This document shows, piece by piece, positions 12,570-21,084 of a stretch of DNA of 64,000 bases. Positions within the stretch are counted from its first letter, which is position 1. Each line of letters begins with the position of its first letter. The DNA comes from Thermoplasmata archaeon. GTDB taxonomy: Archaea; Thermoplasmatota; Thermoplasmata; Lutacidiplasmatales; UBA184. The translations under genes and the position numbers were made by a program. The DNA lies in contig JAKASE010000006.1 in the NCBI GenBank assembly GCA_021819135.1, positions 18,165 through 82,164 on the forward strand, read 5' to 3'. Under the pieces are notes generated by a model, which searched no databases, was not told the origin of the DNA, and saw nothing but the letters and a program-made list of their open reading frames with translations.

Positions 12570-14099
12570 ATGAAGGTCCTCGTGGACCGTCGTGATGGGC
12601 TGAGCGCCGCGGCCGATGTGGTGGTGAGCGGGGCCTACGAGCGCCCCGAGAAGGACGATTCGTTCCCCCGGACGCTGGACAAGGAGGATGAGGCCTCGAA
12701 GGGCCTCCTTCGGGCGGCGTGGGGGAGGCGAGAGATCCGGGGCAAGTTCGGCGAGCTGACCACGATCCATCGGCCGGAGGGACGGGGTCGGATGCTCTTA
12801 GTCGGCCTCGGACCCCGGGCGAAGTTCGGGCCCGAGATCGTGCGCCGCGCCGCGGCGGTCGCGGTCCGCGGGGTGAAGGGCCGGGGGGCCCGCACGCTCG
12901 CCTTCCGCCTTTCGTCGTTCGTCGCGGAGGGGGTCACCTCGGATACGGCCGCCCGGGCCCTGACCGATGGCGCGACGCTCGGCGGCTATGAGTTCCTGAA
13001 GTACAAGACCAGGTCCGAGGGGACGGTCGAGGAGACGACGATCCATCTCGGCGAGGAGCACGGACGCGAGGAGGCCGCGATCAAGAAGGCGGTCGGCGAG
13101 CAGACGGAGATCGACGACACCGTCGTCTGGACCCGCGACATCGCGAACCTTCCGGCCGACACGGCCACGCCCGAGCGGCTGGCCGAGGAGGCGCGTGCGC
13201 TCGGGAAGGAGCTCGGCCTCAAGGTCACCGTCTTCGACGAGACGAAGCTCGCGGAGATGCACTGCGGCGGCATCCTCGCCGTCGGCAGCGGATCGGCCCA
13301 TCCGCCCCGTCTCATCATCCTCGAGTACGCGGGCGGGGCGAAGCGCGGCAAGACGGTCGCGGTCGTGGGCAAGGGGATCACCTTCGATTCCGGCGGGATC
13401 TCGATCAAGCCGGCCCCCGCGATGGCCAACATGAAGTTCGACAAGTCCGGGGCGGTCGCGGTCCTCGGGATCCTCCGGGCCGCGGCGACCCTCAAGGTCC
13501 CGCCGCGGGTCATCGGCGTGATGGCCTGCGCAGAGAACCTCCCCGGGGGCTCGGCGTACCGGCCCGGGGACATCGTACGGACGTACAACGGCAAGGCGAT
13601 CGAGGTCCTGAACACCGATGCCGAGGGCCGGGTCGTCCTCTCCGATGCGCTCGGCTACGTCGTGGGCCAGTACAAGCCGGACGAGGTGATCGACCTCGCG
13701 ACCCTCACGGGAGCCGAGGTCGTCGCGCTCGGCGACGACACCGCCGGGCTCGTCTCGACCGACGACAAGCTCGCCCAGGGGCTCCTTCAGGCCTCGGCCG
13801 TGACGGGGGAGCCGCTCTGGCGGATGCCGCTCACCGACTACCACCGCGAGCTCGTGAAGAGCGAGACCGCGGACGTGCGGAACTCGACCGAGATCCCGGT
13901 GGCGGGCATGCTCACCGCCGCGGCGTTCCTCGAGACGTTCGTCGGCCCGACGACCCCCTGGGCCCACCTCGACATCGCGGGGCCGGCCTACACGACCCTG
14001 ACGACGAAGAAGTACCAGCCCGCGTACCAGAACTACGGCGCGACCGCATTCGGGGTGCGCCTCATCACCCGCTACCTGATGGACTCGGGCCGTTCCTGA
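12570..14099 (+). CDS. pepA: Leucyl aminopeptidase (M17)
   Basis: VGKGITFDSGG, MKFDKSG, NTDAEGR, DLATLTGA, HLDIAG. Confidence 0.95.
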   Translation: MKVLVDRRDGLSAAADVVVSGAYERPEKDDSFPRTLDKEDEASKGLLRAAWGRREIRGKFGELTTIHRPEGRGRMLLVGLGPRAKFGPEIVRRAAAVAVRGVKGRGARTLAFRLSSFVAEGVTSDTAARALTDGATLGGYEFLKYKTRSEGTVEETTIHLGEEHGREEAAIKKAVGEQTEIDDTVVWTRDIANLPADTATPERLAEEARALGKELGLKVTVFDETKLAEMHCGGILAVGSGSAHPPRLIILEYAGGAKRGKTVAVVGKGITFDSGGISIKPAPAMANMKFDKSGAVAVLGILRAAATLKVPPRVIGVMACAENLPGGSAYRPGDIVRTYNGKAIEVLNTDAEGRVVLSDALGYVVGQYKPDEVIDLATLTGAEVVALGDDTAGLVSTDDKLAQGLLQASAVTGEPLWRMPLTDYHRELVKSETADVRNSTEIPVAGMLTAAAFLETFVGPTTPWAHLDIAGPAYTTLTTKKYQPAYQNYGATAFGVRLITRYLMDSGRS

Positions 14100-14155
14100 G
14101 GCGGCCCCGGCGCCCCCCGCCGTCCATCCTCCGGGAGCGATGGGCGGCGTCCCCG

Positions 14156-15616
14156 TCAGGCGGCGACGATCTGGACGCTCTCCCCGCCGTGCCGGGTCGC
14201 CCGCGGACGGACCTCGCAGAAGAGCGGGGTGTGGTAGCCGCCGCCGGTGATCAGCGCGACACCGACCGGGAGCGACTGGATCATCTCCGTCATCCCGGCG
14301 GTGAGCCCCTCGATCGACTGGGCGATCGCCTTGAGATCGAGCGGGTTCGTGACCTGGAGGATCAGCTGGGTGTTGCACTGCGAGAGCACGCTCTTGTCGA
14401 TGCGGGCGGCCCGCTGCGTGACGACGCAGAGACCGAGGCCGAACTTCCGCCCCTCGCTCGCGATGTTCTTCAGGATCCGGGAGCAGGTCGCCGTCCCCTG
14501 CTGCGGGGCGAAGTTGTGGGCCTCCTCGATCACGAGGAAGAGCGGGTCGATGTTGCCCTTCTTGCGGTTCTCGAAGAGCGTGTTCGCGATCCGGGCGACC
14601 ACCAGCTCCTGGACGTCGGGGGCAACCCCTCGGAGGTTGATCAGGGTCGCTTCGCCTTTCTTGACGAGCTCCTTCAGACTCGTCCCCGCCGGCCCCAGGA
14701 GCTTCGTCTGCTCCACGTACTCGAGCCGCTCATGGAGCGTCTCCATCGCGATCCCCTCGCCGCTCTCCGCGGCCCGCACGAGGTCGTGGACCGTGTAATC
14801 CGGGTTCGCGGTCGCGACGCGCTCGATGAGCTGCTTCAGCGGCGCAAGGAACGACTTGACGTTCGTGAGACCCATGAAGACCAGGAGCTCGCGCGGCTCG
14901 ATGTTCCGCAGGGAGAACGTGAGCGGCTTCGCCTGGGGGTTGAGGGAGACGTCGGGGGAGTACTCCTGCACCTGGCGCCCGAAGCCCTGCGACTCGACCC
15001 CGAACCGGGCGTGTACCCCGTTCTTCTCGGCGGCGAGGCGCAGCGACCCGTACTCCCCATGCGGGTCGATGATGACGCACATGACGTGGTGGCGCAATAG
15101 CTCCTCGATGAGGACGCCGAGCAGGTAGCTCTTCCCGCCGCCGGTCTTCGCGAGGACACTGACGTGGCGCTGGACCAGCTGGTTGATGTCGAGCTCGACC
15201 TTGAGCGTGTGGTTACGGAGCATCCCCACGTACGCGCCGCTGTTCGCCCGGTGTTTGAGGCCGAGCACCTCCGCGATCAGCGGGTCTTCGGCGCGGTAGA
15301 CATGGGCGCCGGGACGGAACGGCAGGGTCGGGATCTTGACGAGGCCCTGGCCATCGCGGTAGCCGATGATCCGGGCGACGCCGAGCAGGTTCTCGTGGAT
15401 CGCGGCTTCCTCGAGCACGGCGGGGGCGCCGGCCCGCTCGAGATCGAAATCGCTCTTCCGCTTGAGATCGTCGAGCTGGCAGAGGACCTTGCCGTGGATC
15501 TCGTCCTCGACGGCGAGGTAGTCCCCCCGTTCGACCGGTCGGGCGAGGTTGAGGTGGAACTGCCCGAGCCCGACATCGCCGAAGATGCGGCCGACCTCCT
15601 CCACGGCGCGATTCAT
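14156..15616 (-). CDS. HerA/FtsK-like ATPase (HAS barrel + DUF87 type)
   Basis: RHVSVLAKTGGGKS, IDPHGEY, VIEEAH, EGRKFG, TQR. Confidence 0.9.
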   Translation of the reverse strand: MNRAVEEVGRIFGDVGLGQFHLNLARPVERGDYLAVEDEIHGKVLCQLDDLKRKSDFDLERAGAPAVLEEAAIHENLLGVARIIGYRDGQGLVKIPTLPFRPGAHVYRAEDPLIAEVLGLKHRANSGAYVGMLRNHTLKVELDINQLVQRHVSVLAKTGGGKSYLLGVLIEELLRHHVMCVIIDPHGEYGSLRLAAEKNGVHARFGVESQGFGRQVQEYSPDVSLNPQAKPLTFSLRNIEPRELLVFMGLTNVKSFLAPLKQLIERVATANPDYTVHDLVRAAESGEGIAMETLHERLEYVEQTKLLGPAGTSLKELVKKGEATLINLRGVAPDVQELVVARIANTLFENRKKGNIDPLFLVIEEAHNFAPQQGTATCSRILKNIASEGRKFGLGLCVVTQRAARIDKSVLSQCNTQLILQVTNPLDLKAIAQSIEGLTAGMTEMIQSLPVGVALITGGGYHTPLFCEVRPRATRHGGESVQIVAA

Positions 15617-15747
15617 CCGGAACTCGGCATATTAGACTGATGCGCGAAAGGAAACGCGGGAACCGTTCTCGCCGGAAGCCTTTATATCGAGCACGTTCGT
15701 GAAACGCTCCCCGACCGGGAGACCTCCCGGAGCGTGGCGGTGTCGGC

Positions 15748-16614
15748 GTGAGCGAGGCGACGGAAGAGCTCGACAAGCGAAGGGCGGAGTCGAACGCCCG
15801 GGCCGATGAGGCCCGGGCTCGCCGCGATCGGCTGAACGCCGAGTCCCGCGCGGTCGCCGAGGACCGCTCCCGCATCCTCGACGAGCTCCACGCGAAGAGC
15901 GCGGAGGCGCAGGACCATCGCCGGCAGCGGGACGGCCTGAACGCCCAGGTCCGGGAGGAGAAGCGGCTCCGCGAGGAGTGGAACCACAAGCTCCAGGAGC
16001 TCGGGGACAAGGTCCAGGAGCTGAAGCGCGCCCGCGGCCCCCGACCCGGCGCGGTCCCGGTCTGGCGGCTTCGCAAGGACCTCAAGGAGCTCGAGTTCCG
16101 TCACATGACGACGGCGCTCACCGGCGAGCAGGAGAAGCGCCTCATCGAGGAGATGAAGCGGATCGAGGCGGCGATCCGCGAACAGGACGAGCAGCTGCGC
16201 CAGGACCCGATCGTCGAGCAGACGATGAAGGAGTTCCAGGAGGCGCGCCAGGAGGCCGAGAAGCACCACGCGGCGGTCGGGCAGGCCGCCGAGGAGGCAC
16301 AGCGGGAGCACGAGGCGATGGTCGCGCTCTACGAATCGGTCGACGAGATGCGTCGCCAGGCCGACGAGGTGCAGGCGAAGCTCATCGAGGTGAAGGGCCA
16401 GGCCGACGAGGCCCATCGGCAGCACATCGCCGCGATCGAGGAGGTCCGCGACATCGAGAAGCTCCTCTACGCCGCCCGCGGGGGTCGGGCCCCCGGGGCC
16501 TGGGCCGGCGAGGCGGAGACCCCCCGCGAGGAGGATTTCCTGGCGCGCCTCAAGAAGGGCGAGAAGGTCTCCACCGAGGACCTTCTCGAGCTGCAGAAGA
16601 GCGGCCGGGCCTGA
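15748..16614 (+). CDS. Archaeal coiled-coil protein (COG1340-like)
   Basis: Long heptad-rich sequence with LEFRHMTTALT..EKRLIEE and C-terminal KKGEKVSTEDLLELQ. Confidence 0.8.
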   Translation: MSEATEELDKRRAESNARADEARARRDRLNAESRAVAEDRSRILDELHAKSAEAQDHRRQRDGLNAQVREEKRLREEWNHKLQELGDKVQELKRARGPRPGAVPVWRLRKDLKELEFRHMTTALTGEQEKRLIEEMKRIEAAIREQDEQLRQDPIVEQTMKEFQEARQEAEKHHAAVGQAAEEAQREHEAMVALYESVDEMRRQADEVQAKLIEVKGQADEAHRQHIAAIEEVRDIEKLLYAARGGRAPGAWAGEAETPREEDFLARLKKGEKVSTEDLLELQKSGRA

Positions 16615-16626
16615 CGACGGAGGTCC

Positions 16627-17403
16627 GTGTCGCTTCCGTACGGCGACGGTCAGGTCGACGCGGTCCTGTTCGACCTGGACGATGTACTGGTGCCGTTCCA
16701 CACTCCGGCGATGTGGCAGTGGGCCTGGCGGCCGCAGGGGCCTCTCCTCGGCGAACGACGGGTCCACGCCGCGGTCCGTCGTTCGCTCAAGGCATGGGAC
16801 CGGCGCCGGTGGCAGGGGCTCACGGGGAAGGCGCCTCCGGCGGACCTCCCGGCGCTCCGCCATCACCTGGCCGAGACCTTGTGGGCGATCGCCGGCCATC
16901 CGCTTCCCGAAGCGGAGACCGAAGCCGTGGTGCGACGGGTCCTCCGTCCGGCGGGCGAGGTCGAGCGGTACGGCGACGCCGCTCGGGCGCTCGCCCGATT
17001 GCGTGCGTCGGGCGTCCGGGTCGGGGTGCTCACCCCCCTCCCGTCCGACACTGCGCGCTGGCTCCTGCACCGGTCCGGTCTCGTCGAGGACCTCTTGGTC
17101 GCGTCGGGGGACCCCGGCGCTCCGGTTCCGCCGGACCGCGCCGCGTTCCGGGCCGCCGCCGAGCGGCTCGCGACCCCGTTCTCGCGGGTCGCGTTCGTCG
17201 GCGACCTCTTCTGGAGCGACGTGCGGGCGGCGGCGCGCGCGGGCCTCGCGAGCGTGCTCCTGGACCGCCACGAGATCTGGCCGAAGGTGCTCTCCGGACG
17301 GATGACGAGCCTCGATGCCCTCGAGCCGACGCTCGCGCCGGGGAAGCCGCTCACCGCCGAGGAGAACGCCGACGGGACAGGAACCGGCCCGTCCTCACCA
17401 TAG
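16627..17403 (+). CDS. HAD-superfamily hydrolase
   Basis: Motif I FDLDDVL and motif IV FVGDLFWSD. Confidence 0.8.
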   Translation: MSLPYGDGQVDAVLFDLDDVLVPFHTPAMWQWAWRPQGPLLGERRVHAAVRRSLKAWDRRRWQGLTGKAPPADLPALRHHLAETLWAIAGHPLPEAETEAVVRRVLRPAGEVERYGDAARALARLRASGVRVGVLTPLPSDTARWLLHRSGLVEDLLVASGDPGAPVPPDRAAFRAAAERLATPFSRVAFVGDLFWSDVRAAARAGLASVLLDRHEIWPKVLSGRMTSLDALEPTLAPGKPLTAEENADGTGTGPSSP

Positions 17404-17437
17404 ATTAATACCCACCCCGGTGGTGCCCGACCCGCTT

Positions 17438-17839
17438 ATGCGGTCGGTCAAGGTTGACCAGGCCGAGCTCCGACAGATCAAGGAGCTCTACGAGGGCGTG
17501 ATGTCCCACGCCTGCCACGGTTTGTTCTTCAAGGAGGGGTCGGTCATCGGGAGCCGGATGGCCGAGGAGGCCCTCACGGACCGGCCCCGGTACTTCGAAC
17601 GGGTCGGTCACATCCTGAAGGACCGCGGGTGGGTCGAGGAGATCACCTTTGGCGACCACGACATCCACGTCAAGGGGTCGATCGAGGTGAGCCCGAGCGA
17701 CATCCCCACCTGCCACCGCCTGCGGGGGATGCTCCGCGAGTTCTACGAACGTTTTAAAGGGGGGCGCGTTAAGTGTACCGAAGAGATGTGCACGAGCACC
17801 GGACACCCGGAGTGCCTCTTCCGTGTCGAGGAATTGTAG
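17438..17839 (+). CDS. Stand-alone V4R-domain protein
   Basis: GW, SIE, CH...GML, EEMC...G...CLF pattern; start at ATG 17438 downstream of attaat. Confidence 0.75.
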   Translation: MRSVKVDQAELRQIKELYEGVMSHACHGLFFKEGSVIGSRMAEEALTDRPRYFERVGHILKDRGWVEEITFGDHDIHVKGSIEVSPSDIPTCHRLRGMLREFYERFKGGRVKCTEEMCTSTGHPECLFRVEEL

Positions 17840-17855
17840 GTAGGGGCCAGGATCC

Positions 17856-18215
17856 ATGATGGCAACCGGGAACGTCGGAGCGGTGGTCAAGGACCTCAAG
17901 ACCCGCATCGCGGGCATCGCGACCGCGCTCGTGTCGCGCGACGGGCTCGTCCTGTACGCGGACGTACCGGCCGGGGTCTACACCGAGACCTTCGCGATCA
18001 TGTGCGCCACGATCCTCGGGGCGGCCGCGACCGCCAACACCGAGCTCAACCGCTCCCCTCCCGAGCGGATCGTGATCGAGGGGAACGATTCGAAGACGAT
18101 CATCGTGGGGAGCGGCAAGAAGGCGCTCCTCGTGGCGGTGGTCGACCAGTCGGCCGACCTCTCGAAGGTCCTAAGCGACGTCGTGAAGGTCGCCGACCTG
18201 CTCAAGGCGAACTAG
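17856..18215 (+). CDS. Roadblock/LC7 (MglB-like) protein
   Basis: GIATALVSRDGLVL, FAIMCATILGAA, ERIVIEG. Confidence 0.85.
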   Translation: MMATGNVGAVVKDLKTRIAGIATALVSRDGLVLYADVPAGVYTETFAIMCATILGAAATANTELNRSPPERIVIEGNDSKTIIVGSGKKALLVAVVDQSADLSKVLSDVVKVADLLKAN

Positions 18216-19095
18216 GGCCGCCGTCCCGGGCCGCGGCCGTCGGGCTCCCTTCCGCTACCGCCGGCTCCGCCCGGGGAAACTCCTGGGTCAGCCGACTCCC
18301 AGCCCCGGTCAGCACCCGGACGCCGTACCCCCCGAACGCCGCGGAGAGCCGGGCCCACGCCACCCAGCCGCGCTGGCCCGAGATCAGTCGGGACATCCGG
18401 TACCGCCCCCAGAGGCTGCCGTGCTTCTCGGTGAGCTGCTTGCGGCCGTAGCCGTTCCAGAACGCCTGTAACAAGAACCGGAGGATCGTCGTCCGGACGT
18501 GGTGGTACACGACCGCGTCCGGCGCATACCGGATCGCTCCCCCCGCGCGGACCGCCCGGAGGTTGAGGTCGATGTCCTCGGCGGTGATGAACCGCCCGTC
18601 GAACCCTCCCAGCCGCTCGAAGAGCGCCCGGCGGTAGGCCAGGTTCGAGGAGGGGTGGGTGACGTCGTACCCACTCTGGAACAGCTCGACCCGCTCGAGC
18701 TGGCAGTAGCGCGGGGCGCCGACGTTGACCATCTGCCCGGCCACGACCGGCGCGTCCACGAGCGACGCGCGCAGCACCTTCAACCAGCTCGCGTCGGCGT
18801 AGCAGTCGCCGTCGATGAACGCCACGAACTCGCCCCGAGCCGCCCGCACTCCGGCGTTCCGTCCGACGCCGCGAGAACCGGACCGACGGAACAGGCGGAT
18901 GAGACCGGGATGCCGCGCCGCGTACTCGGAGGCGATCGCGTACGTTCGGTCGCGGCTGAACGCATCGACCAGCACCACCTCGAACGGCGGCTCCTGGACG
19001 AGCAGGCTGTCCAGCAGCTGGGCGATGTGGGGACCCTCGTTGCGGACGGTGCTGACGACCGAGATCAGGGCGGGGCCCGACGGCTCACTTCCCAA
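18202..19095 (-). CDS. Glycosyltransferase family 2
   Basis: ISVVSTVRNE, VDAFSRD, FIDGDC, GGFD..F..AEDIDL. Confidence 0.9.
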   Translation of the reverse strand: MGSEPSGPALISVVSTVRNEGPHIAQLLDSLLVQEPPFEVVLVDAFSRDRTYAIASEYAARHPGLIRLFRRSGSRGVGRNAGVRAARGEFVAFIDGDCYADASWLKVLRASLVDAPVVAGQMVNVGAPRYCQLERVELFQSGYDVTHPSSNLAYRRALFERLGGFDGRFITAEDIDLNLRAVRAGGAIRYAPDAVVYHHVRTTILRFLLQAFWNGYGRKQLTEKHGSLWGRYRMSRLISGQRGWVAWARLSAAFGGYGVRVLTGAGSRLTQEFPRAEPAVAEGSPTAAARDGGPSSP

Positions 19096-19327
19096 TGTCC
19101 ATCACGACGACGTCCTTGACCGCGCGCATGCTCTTGAAAGGGAGCACGAGCCGACCCGACGCATCGCTCTGGAACAGCCGCGACTCGACGTCCTCGCTCG
19201 GGGTCACGAGGACATGGGCGATCCCTCCGGTCATCGTGTCGACGACGAAGTTGTCGATCAGTCCGAGGATCTGTCCGTCGTTCGTCATCACGGTCTTGCC
19301 TCGGAGCTCGGTAAGGAACTTGCGCAT
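19085..19327 (-). CDS. PRC-barrel protein (CdpB-like)
   Basis: 80 aa; LRGKTVMTNDGQILG...VDT..G.I, LPF..MRAVKDVVV. Confidence 0.85.
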   Translation of the reverse strand: MRKFLTELRGKTVMTNDGQILGLIDNFVVDTMTGGIAHVLVTPSEDVESRLFQSDASGRLVLPFKSMRAVKDVVVMDIGK

Positions 19328-19496
19328 GGAGGGGGCCCTCGGGCCGGCGAATGGCGGAGGCGCGTATTTAATCGTTGGCGATTATCGGAAGCCCCGGACA
19401 TGCGCCCGGCGCCGCCGGTAGCCGGCCTGCGTCCCGCACCGCGTCCGGCGTCGGGCAACGCTTATATCGGGCACCCGGGTCGAGGGCGTCCCGCTC

Positions 19497-19862
19497 ATGG
19501 CCCGTCGTACCGGTAAAGGGAACCCCGAGCTCGCCCGTCTCATCGGTGAGCTGCGGCGCGCGTCCCGGATCCAGCACGCGGCGCTGTGGGGCTCGGTCGC
19601 CGACCGCCTCGAGCGTTCGCGCCACCAGGTCCTTCCCGTGAACGTCGGCCACCTGGAGCGCCTCGCCTCGCCCGAGGAGACGATCGTCGTGGCAGGCAAG
19701 CTTCTCGCCGAGGGGTCGCTCACGAAGCGGCTCACGGTCGCCGCGTTCTCCTACTCGGGGGAGGCGAAGGCCAAGGTCCACGCGGCCGGTGGCCAGGCGA
19801 TCACGCTCCACGACCTGCTCAAGGCCCGGCCGGACGGGGCGGGGGTTCGTCTCCTTGCCTGA
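19497..19862 (+). CDS. rpl18e: 50S ribosomal protein L18e
   Basis: KGNPEL, VNVGHL, VAGKLL, VAAFSYS. Confidence 0.93.
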   Translation: MARRTGKGNPELARLIGELRRASRIQHAALWGSVADRLERSRHQVLPVNVGHLERLASPEETIVVAGKLLAEGSLTKRLTVAAFSYSGEAKAKVHAAGGQAITLHDLLKARPDGAGVRLLA

Positions 19863-20292
19863 AACGGTCCCGTCCCCTAAGGTCGTCGACGTGAGCGGTC
19901 TCGTGGTCGGCCGCGCGGCGAGCCTCATCGCGCAGCGGCTTCTGCGGGGAGAATCGATCGTCGTGGTCCATGCCGAGAAGGCGGTCGTCACCGGTGCACG
20001 GGCGATGGTCCTCGCGCATTACACGGCGGAGCGCGCCCGCGGCTCGAAGCGGACCGGCCCGCATTACCCGCGCTACCCCGACCGGATCTTCCGTCGGACG
20101 GTCCGTGGCATGCTCCCGCACCTGAAGACCCGCGGGAAGGAGGCCCTGGCGCGCCTCGACGTCCACATCGGTGTCCCTCCCGAGTTCCAGGGCGCCTCCA
20201 CCGAGACGCTCGACGCGGCACGGGCCCGACCGTCCCTGCGTCCCCCGATGACCTTGGAAGCGATCACGCGGCTCCTGGGGGCGCGCCTGTGA
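19855..20292 (+). CDS. rpl13: 50S ribosomal protein L13
   Basis: GRAAS..A..LL.G, GPHYPRYPDRIFRRTVRGMLP; TTG start at 19855. Confidence 0.93.
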   Translation: MPETVPSPKVVDVSGLVVGRAASLIAQRLLRGESIVVVHAEKAVVTGARAMVLAHYTAERARGSKRTGPHYPRYPDRIFRRTVRGMLPHLKTRGKEALARLDVHIGVPPEFQGASTETLDAARARPSLRPPMTLEAITRLLGARL

Positions 20293-20696
20293 AGGCCCCG
20301 ACGGTCATCCTCACGACGGGGAAGCGGAAGGCGGCGGTCGCCCGGGCCTCGGTCCGCAAGGGCGTCGGCCTTGTTCGTTTCAACGACCGTCCGCTCGAGC
20401 TGGTCGAGCCCGAGATCATCCGCCAGAAGATCCAGGAACCGCTCCTCATGGTCGGGGACCGGGCGAAGAACCTCGACATCGCGGTCGAGGCGAGCGGAGG
20501 GGGCATCATCGGCCAGGCCTCGGCGGCCCGCACCGCGATCGCCCGCGGGCTCCTCGCGTGGCTGAAGGACGACCCGCTGCGCGAGCAGTTCAAGCACTAC
20601 GACCGGTCGCTCCTGGTCAACGATCCCCGCCGCAAGCTCCCGAAGCGGCCCGGCGGTCGCGGGGCCCGCAAGCGCCGGCAGAAGTCGTACCGCTGA
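20289..20696 (+). CDS. rps9: 30S ribosomal protein S9
   Basis: GKRKAAVARA, GGGIIGQA, GARKRRQKSYR. Confidence 0.96.
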   Translation: MKAPTVILTTGKRKAAVARASVRKGVGLVRFNDRPLELVEPEIIRQKIQEPLLMVGDRAKNLDIAVEASGGGIIGQASAARTAIARGLLAWLKDDPLREQFKHYDRSLLVNDPRRKLPKRPGGRGARKRRQKSYR

Positions 20697-20721
20697 GGGA
20701 CGTCGGGGAGGGGAAAGCACC

Positions 20722-20919
20722 ATGACGATGATGGTACCGGTCCGCTGCTTCACCTGCGGGTCGGTGATCGGCCAGTACTGGGACGACTTCCGGGAGCGGA
20801 CCTCCCGCGGCGAGCCCGCGGGCGCGGTCCTGGACGGGCTTGGGCTCCACCGGTACTGCTGCCGACGGATGCTCCTAACCCACGTCGACCTGCTCGACGA
20901 GGTCGGACCTTACGGCTGA
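20722..20919 (+). CDS. rpoN: DNA-directed RNA polymerase subunit N (Rpo10)
   Basis: PVRCFTCG...RYCCRRMLLTH. Confidence 0.96.
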   Translation: MTMMVPVRCFTCGSVIGQYWDDFRERTSRGEPAGAVLDGLGLHRYCCRRMLLTHVDLLDEVGPYG

Positions 20920-21084
20920 GCGGCCGGCCGTCCCGGGCCGGTCGGGCACGGAGCGCGGGGGCTCGCGGTAGCCTCCTTCGTCCCAAGGCACCTGCCTCGG
21001 CGGCCGGACGGCCCGCTGAGAGTATACCGGTCCAGAAGCGGAAGGGGTTCGTCGCCGACGGACGTTCGTCCGTCCATCCCCGGA

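Noticed and set aside
21020-21050. TPP-riboswitch-like words (GCTGAGA...GCGGAAGGG)
   Set aside because: The ACCTGA core and P5 loop are missing, and no co-oriented gene lies downstream.
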